32,000 bases of DNA, taken from positions 3,360,001 to 3,392,000 of the forward strand of contig NZ_CP147990.1 in NCBI RefSeq assembly GCF_037902255.1. Direction: 5' to 3'. Both the position numbers and the translations under genes were made by a program. Shown here one piece after another: positions 16,342 through 23,255 of the stretch (its first letter is position 1; each line of letters opens with the position of its first letter). The notes under the pieces were generated by a model. It searched no databases. It saw only the letters and a program-made list of their open reading frames with translations, and was not told where the DNA came from. This stretch comes from Candidatus Electrothrix sp. GW3-4. GTDB lineage: Bacteria; Desulfobacterota; Desulfobulbia; Desulfobulbales; Desulfobulbaceae.

Positions 16342-18723
16342 ATGGAGAAATTGCATCTTTTACGACTGGTATCGCGACCGCTGCGACTTCTCGGCTTTTT
16401 CCTGGGCCTAGCTATCCTACCGTCTTTATTTTATACAAGTTGGGATCAGGCATTGGCGAACGCCAACTCTCCGGCAAAGACCAACAGGGCGAATCAACTA
16501 CAAGCTCAGGGCCGAGAGGCATTCCTGCTCGGCGATTTTGCGCGAGCCGCTGTCCTTTGGCAGGACGCCACAGACTCCTACAGAAATGCCAACATGGTTA
16601 CTGAAGAGATCAACGCCTTAATTCTTCTTGCCGATGCGTATCAGGCCTTGGGACAACATCCACGCGCTCTAGAGGTACTTCATCAAGCCGAAAAATTTAC
16701 TGAGAATATTCAAGATAATAAGGAGTTATTAGCAATCATTAACGTCGGTCAGGGCTCAGTCTCTTTTTCTTTGGGAAATAAGGACAAGGCCAAAAAATAT
16801 TATGAACAGAGCATTGAATGGGCAAAAGCAACTGACAAAATGGCAATTGAAGCCGTATGTCGTAACAACCTCGGCAATATCCTGACCATCGAACAAGAAT
16901 ACGGCGAGGCTCTCGATTCCTATGATATAAGCATCAAATTGGCCAGATCTACAGGCAATAAAGTACTTACTGTCAATGCCATGATCAATGCCGCAAAAAC
17001 CGCTGTGCAATGGAACAGTCCCAACGACATAAAAAAGTACCTTAAACCCGCCTTACGCCAAACCAGAAAACTGGAGGATTGCTACGAAAAGGCATATGGT
17101 CTCGCAGCATTGGGAAGAATAGCTCATGAAATGAGTATAAAAGGTTCGGCCACCGCTTCCGACCGCTGGCGGTTATTTGCCTTCCACGCACTTACCGAGG
17201 CATCTGAAACCGCTAATCGTCTTGGTGATCTACGTGCAAAATCATACTCACTGGGGTATCTCGCCCGGCTGTATGAGGACGAAAAACGTTATGATGATGC
17301 CTTACGCCTAACTCACCAAGCTATCTTCATAGCCCAACAGGTAAATGCCCCGGAAATTCTCTATCTCTGGCAATGGCAAATCGGTCGTCTCCTAAAAACC
17401 AAGGGGAAAATAGAAGAAGCACTGGTCTCCTACCGGGATGCCCTAAAAAACCTGGAAACAGTACGCCAAGATCTCTCTGTCGCCTGCCGTGTCGCTAATA
17501 TAAACTTTCGCGAGCAGGACGGTCGTCTTTATATGGAATTAGCAGACTTGCTATTGAAACGTGCTGACTCGCAAACAGATTCAAAAAAAGTTCAAACTAC
17601 ATTGCGGGAAGTCCGGGATACCGTTGATCACCTCCGTGCGGCAGAATTGCGCGATTATTTCCAAGACCAATGCGTAACAGCATTGCAAAAAAAAGAGACC
17701 CAAATCGAAGGATTGCAAGTTATCACCAGGCAGACAGCCGCGATTTACCCGATTATCTTTCCCGAGCGCCTGGAATTACTCCTTGAGCTACCTGATGGAT
17801 CAATAAGCCAATTTGTGGTCAACGTTACCAGTAAGGAACTTAAAAGAGAGGCGGATAATTTCCGTAAAAAACTGGAAAAACAACCACCTGTTAATGGCTA
17901 TCAAGCACCGGCGCAAAAGCTCTACGAATGGCTCATCAAGCCGCTGCAAGATGAACTCACGGCATATAAAATAGACACCTTGGTCTTTGTTCCAGATGGC
18001 TCACTGAGGACCATCCCTATGGCCGCCCTCTATGACGGTTCCCATTTCCTGATTACTCAATACGCAGTGGCCATCATGCCGAGTAGGCTCTCTCTTGTCG
18101 CGGCAACCAGCGAGACACGCAAAAAATGGCAGCCATTGCTGGGGGGCCGGACAGATTTCGACGGTAACCGGAATTCCCTGCCGAAAGTCGCTGACGAACT
18201 TGCAGATATCAAAAAGATATATGGTGGCACCTTGCTATTAGATGAAGATTTCACCATCCAAAATATGGAGCAAAAACTCAAACATGATCCATACACGATT
18301 GTCCACCTGGCGACCCATGGAGAATTTCAAAGCGATATGAGCAAGTCATATCTCCTGACCTATGACGGCAAACTGACTATGGATGACCTGGAGCGATTGG
18401 TAGGCCTTGTCCGCTTTCGGGATATTCCAGTGGACCTGCTCACCTTGAGTGCCTGCCAAACCGCCGCAGGCGATGACCGAGCCGCTTTAGGATTAGCTGG
18501 TATAGCTGTTAAATCAGGGGCTCAGAGTGCTATAGCCACACTATGGTCTGTCAATGATGAGGCGACCTCAATTCTGATCCCAGAGTTCTACAAAAATTTA
18601 AAAAACTTGAAGATGTCCAAGGCTGAGGCTCTGCGTCAAGCACAACTCAAGATGCTGACTTATGAACAGTATAAGCATCCAGGGTACTGGTCTGCTTTTT
18701 TACTCACTGGAAGTTGGTTGTAA
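16342..18723 (+). CDS. Exported or membrane-anchored TPR-repeat CHAT-domain (caspase-like) protease
   Basis: It starts 1 nt after the upstream stop. The N-terminus has a hydrophobic segment LRLLGFFLGLAILPSLFY followed by ALA|NA. The middle holds many 34-aa TPR-like repeats (e.g. ALILLADAYQALGQHPRALEVLHQAEK). The C-terminal CHAT domain has the His in IVHLATHGEF (H659, nt 18316-18318), the Cys in LLTLSACQTAAG (C705, nt 18454-18456) and the typical ending HPGYWSAFLLTGSWL. Confidence 0.88.
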   Translation: MEKLHLLRLVSRPLRLLGFFLGLAILPSLFYTSWDQALANANSPAKTNRANQLQAQGREAFLLGDFARAAVLWQDATDSYRNANMVTEEINALILLADAYQALGQHPRALEVLHQAEKFTENIQDNKELLAIINVGQGSVSFSLGNKDKAKKYYEQSIEWAKATDKMAIEAVCRNNLGNILTIEQEYGEALDSYDISIKLARSTGNKVLTVNAMINAAKTAVQWNSPNDIKKYLKPALRQTRKLEDCYEKAYGLAALGRIAHEMSIKGSATASDRWRLFAFHALTEASETANRLGDLRAKSYSLGYLARLYEDEKRYDDALRLTHQAIFIAQQVNAPEILYLWQWQIGRLLKTKGKIEEALVSYRDALKNLETVRQDLSVACRVANINFREQDGRLYMELADLLLKRADSQTDSKKVQTTLREVRDTVDHLRAAELRDYFQDQCVTALQKKETQIEGLQVITRQTAAIYPIIFPERLELLLELPDGSISQFVVNVTSKELKREADNFRKKLEKQPPVNGYQAPAQKLYEWLIKPLQDELTAYKIDTLVFVPDGSLRTIPMAALYDGSHFLITQYAVAIMPSRLSLVAATSETRKKWQPLLGGRTDFDGNRNSLPKVADELADIKKIYGGTLLLDEDFTIQNMEQKLKHDPYTIVHLATHGEFQSDMSKSYLLTYDGKLTMDDLERLVGLVRFRDIPVDLLTLSACQTAAGDDRAALGLAGIAVKSGAQSAIATLWSVNDEATSILIPEFYKNLKNLKMSKAEALRQAQLKMLTYEQYKHPGYWSAFLLTGSWL

Positions 18724-18809
18724 ATTTTTGGTAACGGAAGGGGTTATTTTAATGCAAATAACATGTTCTCGATCTGAAGAGGCAAGCAAACTGTTAAAGG
18801 AGAGAGGCT

Positions 18810-21212
18810 ATGCTTAAAAAAAATAACCATGTGTGCTCTTTTGCTATCCTCGTAGCATCTTTACTAACGTTATCACTATATGCTCCATTGTGCTGGGCAG
18901 AAATCACCCTGGATGGAACCGTTGGTCCGGCAGGGACGCTTAGTGGACCCGATTTTTTGATTTGGGCAGAATTAGGCAAGATTTCAGGTAGCAATCTATT
19001 TCATAGCTTTAAAGATTTTAATATTAACCAAGGAGAAAGCGCGAATTTTTTCGGTCCAGACTCAATAGAGAATATTATCGGACGAGTCACGGGCGGTGAT
19101 ACATCTTCCATCAATGGTTCATTGAACAGCTGGATACCCGGAGCAAACTTATTTTTGATCAATCCGGCTGGAATAGTATTTGGCCCTGATGCTGAACTCA
19201 ATGTACAAGGCTCCTTTCATGCCAGCACAGCAGACTACATTCGCTTAGGTGAAAATGGTAGCTTTAACGCAACCCAGCCAGAGAACAGTGTATTGGCGGT
19301 TGATCCGCCCTCTGCTTTCGGTTTTCTGAGCGATAATTCTGCTCCGATTTCCGTACAGCATAGTACGCTCAAAAGCTCACAGGGAGAGACCTTATCCCTG
19401 GTGGGAGGTGATATTGATATTGTTGACAGTGAAATTTCTTCAAAGGACGGAGCAATCAACATCGTCACTACATCTTCACCCGGAGAAATCATCACCACGG
19501 AAAATTTTCAACCATCAACTACTGCGACAGATTCTTTCTCAAAACTTGGAACAATTCATATAGATGAGTCTATGTTGACCACAGGAGGTAGTATGGGAGG
19601 TAATATCAATATTTCTGGAAAAGATCTGTGTGTTGAGTCAACAGTAATTACTAATCATAGATATATAGAAGAATCAATCTCCAATTTAAAAATACCAGAC
19701 AAGTTAACCACTACTGCTAGCGAAAAAGCTGGCGACATAAATATAATGGCAGAAAATATAATACTTGATTATTGCTCAATAACATCATCTACTTATAACG
19801 ATAAAAACGCTGGCAACATCAACATAAAGGGAACGCAGGCGACGATCAATAACACTAGTATATTTTCAAATTCACTTGAAGGCGCAACGGGAGATGGTGG
19901 AAATATACAAATAGATATTGACGACCTTGTGATAGGAAAAGACACTTATATCACTTCCGTATCTGATAGCCCACAAGGTGGGAACGCTGGCGATATAGAA
20001 ATAACATCAAACATATTAGAACTATTACCAGGTGCAAATATTTCTACCGAAACAAGTGAACAATCTACAGGAGAAGCGGGAACTATTCGAATTCAGACTG
20101 ATAGCTTGCTCATGAAAGGCGGAAAAGATTTTGATTCCTGTACTAGGATAGCCAGCGACACTGGCAATTCAAAAGATGCAGGAAATATTGAAATAGTAGC
20201 TCAAGAAAAAATCTCATTGAGTGGAATGGCGGGCATCTTTAGCACCACACATAGTACTGGTAAAGGAGGAAACATAGAAATTCAAACTAACAATATGGAA
20301 TTGAAAAACGGAGCATTGATCTCCACCAGTAATGTAAGCACTTCAAGTCGTGGGCAGGGAGGAAACATATCCGTAATTGCAAACGACCTTCAAATATTAG
20401 ATGGAGCACAAATACAATCAGGTAACTTCGGCCAAGGAGATGGAGGAATGATAACTGTATCAAATAGTAACGATATACTCGTTTCCGGCTATGGCACAGA
20501 TGGTCATGCTAGTGGTATTCGTACCGACTCTCAAGGCGCAGGACAAGGAGGACAAGTCCATGTCCAATCTAATAATATCAGACTTGAAAATGGTGGAACT
20601 ATATCTGCAAAAAGTTCATCAACAGGTCAATCAGGTGCCATCTCTATTCAAGCTGACGACTCCATTGAAATCAAGGACGGCAGTAGCATCACCGTGCAAA
20701 CCAAGCAAGCCGATGCCGGTGATATTGAAGTGACAGCTGGCAATATGATTTACCTGTTAAATAAAGGTGAAATCAGCACCTCAGTTGCTGGTGGACAAGG
20801 AGATGGCGGCAACATCAATCTTGAATCGACCTTCGTTATCCTCAACAAGGAAAGCAAAATCATCGCCAATGCCCGTGAAGGAAATGGCGGCAACATCAAC
20901 GTACAAATTCAGCAAGATGGGGCTGTACTGAAGTCTGCTGAAAGCACGATTAGTGCTTCCTCAGAATTCGGCGTTGATGGCGCGGTAACAATCAATGCAC
21001 CGGATACGGATATTACTGGAGCTATCTCTACCCCGCCGGTAGAGTTTTTCGATGCATCTTCTATCTTGAGTGATCGCTGCGTAACCCGTGGCACAAGCGA
21101 CCTAAGCAGCTTCAATGTAGTCGGCCGGGGAGGCATGGCATTTTCACCGGACACCCACTTCCCTGCCTTTTATTCTCTTATCCCCGCAAAAAAGAAGAAA
21201 GAAAAGAAGTAA
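18810..21212 (+). CDS. TpsA-type exoprotein (two-partner secretion passenger) with N-terminal TPS/haemagglutination-activity domain and beta-helix repeats
   Basis: There is a strong Shine-Dalgarno (AAGGAGAG) and a signal peptide ending CWA|EI. The TPS domain reads NLFHSFKDFNINQGESANF...IIGRVTGGDTSSINGSL...ANLFLINPAGIVFG. It is followed by about 15 repeats of [AG]G[ND]I-x-[IV] (GGNIEIQTNN, GGNISVIAND, AGDIEVTAGN, and so on). Confidence 0.9.
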   Translation: MLKKNNHVCSFAILVASLLTLSLYAPLCWAEITLDGTVGPAGTLSGPDFLIWAELGKISGSNLFHSFKDFNINQGESANFFGPDSIENIIGRVTGGDTSSINGSLNSWIPGANLFLINPAGIVFGPDAELNVQGSFHASTADYIRLGENGSFNATQPENSVLAVDPPSAFGFLSDNSAPISVQHSTLKSSQGETLSLVGGDIDIVDSEISSKDGAINIVTTSSPGEIITTENFQPSTTATDSFSKLGTIHIDESMLTTGGSMGGNINISGKDLCVESTVITNHRYIEESISNLKIPDKLTTTASEKAGDINIMAENIILDYCSITSSTYNDKNAGNINIKGTQATINNTSIFSNSLEGATGDGGNIQIDIDDLVIGKDTYITSVSDSPQGGNAGDIEITSNILELLPGANISTETSEQSTGEAGTIRIQTDSLLMKGGKDFDSCTRIASDTGNSKDAGNIEIVAQEKISLSGMAGIFSTTHSTGKGGNIEIQTNNMELKNGALISTSNVSTSSRGQGGNISVIANDLQILDGAQIQSGNFGQGDGGMITVSNSNDILVSGYGTDGHASGIRTDSQGAGQGGQVHVQSNNIRLENGGTISAKSSSTGQSGAISIQADDSIEIKDGSSITVQTKQADAGDIEVTAGNMIYLLNKGEISTSVAGGQGDGGNINLESTFVILNKESKIIANAREGNGGNINVQIQQDGAVLKSAESTISASSEFGVDGAVTINAPDTDITGAISTPPVEFFDASSILSDRCVTRGTSDLSSFNVVGRGGMAFSPDTHFPAFYSLIPAKKKKEKK

Positions 21213-21257
21213 GCCCTTAAAATATAATATTTTATGAAATAATATTTACCCCTTAGC

Positions 21258-22994
21258 ATGAAACCTAAATCGATAATGGAACGTGGACTTAAGTATGTTG
21301 TGTGTGCCGGATTATTATTAATGACAAGCTTGAACGCTACCGAACTTATCGCTCAAAGTTCAGATCTGCTTCATGCCCAAAAAACAAGGCAAGAAAGACC
21401 AGCACTTCCAGACTATGCAAAGCCCAATCCGCCAGAGCTGGTACTCCCACCGGTTGCACCAACTCCCAAAACGCAAAAACGGCTTTCTGAAGAAATAAAG
21501 GTAAATGTCAAGGAATTCAGACTGACGGGCAATACCGTCTTTACCGATAACGAACTTGCAACAATCACAAAAAATTATAAAAACAACTATCTTACCTCAG
21601 AAGAAATACAAGAGGTACGGCGTAAGCTCACGCTCTTCTATGTAAACCAGGGATATATCAATTCTGGAGCCATTATCCCCGACCAAAAGATGGAAAACGG
21701 CATTCTGGATATCCAAATCATTGAAGGGAAGCTTACTGCTATAGAAGTCAGAGATAACAAGTGGCTTCGCACCACATATATCACAGAACGAATTTCTCCA
21801 AATAAAGACGCTGTCCTCAATATCAATGAGCTGCGGGAACGTCTCCAAATTCTCCAGCAAGATCCACTTGTCCTCCAATTTCACGCCCAACTGAAACCGG
21901 GAATCGAACCGGGTGAAAGCATCCTTGTACTTAAAATCAGGGAGGACAATCCGTGGCAGCTTAATATGACCTTTGCCAATGACCGTTCGCCAAGCATTGG
22001 CGCTGAAAGACTTTTTGGATATGTCGCGCATCGCAGTATTAGCAAACATGGGGATACTCTGGCATTCAAATCCGGCTTTACCAATGGCGCCGATGACTTT
22101 GGCTTATCCTATAGTTATCCCCTCACTGCCAATGACACCCTATTATCCTTGAAATTCAACAAAAATGAATCCGTTGTCATTGAAGAGCCCTTTGATTCAA
22201 TTGACATAGATAGCGAAATGGAAAGCTACGGCATTTCAATAAGTCATCCGTTTTACAGGACACCGCAACGACTCTTGTCAACGAGGCTAGCCCTTGAACG
22301 ACGTCATAGCGAGACTTTTCTCTTAGGAGAGCCGTTCTCTTTCTCACCGGGAGCAGTGGATGGTAAGAGTGATGTAACGGTTGTCCGTTTCACCCAGGAA
22401 TGGTTGAGTCGCAGTCTCAACCAGGTGATTTCTGTATATTCTACATTCAACCTCGGAATTGATGCGTTTGGGGGGACAGATGGACCAGAAGAGACCGATG
22501 GTCAATATTTGTCTTGGCTGGGGCAGTTTCAATGGGCAAGACGCTTCACGAAACGGGGGGATCAAATCATTTTCCGCACCGATGTGCAGCTGGCCAATGA
22601 TTCGCTCTTATCTATAGAAAAAATGGCTATCGGAGGTGCCTCAACTGTGCGGGGGTACCGAGAGAATCAACTCATCCGGGATAATGCCGTGGTAGCATCC
22701 CTGGAGTTGCGCCTTCCCTTATTTCGCCTACCAATTCCCAAGATAAGCCGAAGAGCTGAAGATGGCATGTTGCATCTTGTACCGTTCGGAGATTTTGGAC
22801 AGGGCTGGAACACTCATACTCCAACACCGAATCCAGACTCTATTTCCAGCCTGGGAGTTGGACTTAGATGGGACCCTAGCTCTAAAATTCATGCAGAAAT
22901 ATATTGGGGGTATCCGTTAAGAGACTTAGATACCCCCTATGAGGATTTACAAGACGACGGTATTCACTTTAAATTGAGCTATTTCCTCTTTTAG
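21258..22994 (+). CDS. TpsB / ShlB-FhaC family outer-membrane transporter (POTRA + 16-strand barrel type)
   Basis: It has a signal peptide, a Pro-rich linker and a POTRA-like segment (VKEFRLTGNTVFTDNELATITKNY...IQIIEGKLTAIEV). The body has alternating beta-strand character, with GGASTVRGY and a C-terminal aromatic end ...GIHFKLSYFLF. The exact start (21258 versus 21279) is uncertain because neither has a clear Shine-Dalgarno. Confidence 0.88.
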   Translation: MKPKSIMERGLKYVVCAGLLLMTSLNATELIAQSSDLLHAQKTRQERPALPDYAKPNPPELVLPPVAPTPKTQKRLSEEIKVNVKEFRLTGNTVFTDNELATITKNYKNNYLTSEEIQEVRRKLTLFYVNQGYINSGAIIPDQKMENGILDIQIIEGKLTAIEVRDNKWLRTTYITERISPNKDAVLNINELRERLQILQQDPLVLQFHAQLKPGIEPGESILVLKIREDNPWQLNMTFANDRSPSIGAERLFGYVAHRSISKHGDTLAFKSGFTNGADDFGLSYSYPLTANDTLLSLKFNKNESVVIEEPFDSIDIDSEMESYGISISHPFYRTPQRLLSTRLALERRHSETFLLGEPFSFSPGAVDGKSDVTVVRFTQEWLSRSLNQVISVYSTFNLGIDAFGGTDGPEETDGQYLSWLGQFQWARRFTKRGDQIIFRTDVQLANDSLLSIEKMAIGGASTVRGYRENQLIRDNAVVASLELRLPLFRLPIPKISRRAEDGMLHLVPFGDFGQGWNTHTPTPNPDSISSLGVGLRWDPSSKIHAEIYWGYPLRDLDTPYEDLQDDGIHFKLSYFLF

Positions 22995-23057
22995 GCACTG
23001 AGCTCCAACTGCTGCAAATGTGTTTCTTTCAGGACGGTGCTGTGTTAATCTCAGGGC

Positions 23058-23234
23058 ATGAATACACTTACCAAACTCCATTCTCCCGAATGTCAGTCAT
23101 TAAAAATAGAGCCGTTCAGAAAATACAATACGGTCCATAACGGCGAACGCAGCCTGCTCAAATGCGATGAATGCGACAACGTTTTTCCGAGACGGCCGGT
23201 ACGCCCATGCAGGATATCAAGTCACCGAATCTAA
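23058..23234 (+). pseudogene. Possible N-terminal zinc-ribbon fragment of a transposase (IS1/IS1595-like style)
   Basis: This 58-codon ORF is below the track cutoff: MNTLTKLHSPECQSLKIEPFRKYNTVHNGERSLLKCDECDNVF... It has the spacing of the (C)PxC...G..R..CxxC..F transposase zinc ribbon, but the first Cys is Ser and there is no catalytic domain after it. The call is weak. Confidence 0.3.
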
Positions 23235-23255
23235 AGTGGACCCCTGATCAGCCTC

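Noticed and set aside
18810-21212. TpsA as a CdiA-like contact-dependent inhibition toxin.
   Set aside because: It has no VENN or pre-toxin motif and no distinct C-terminal toxin domain, and no small immunity ORF follows it. The next gene is the TpsB transporter.
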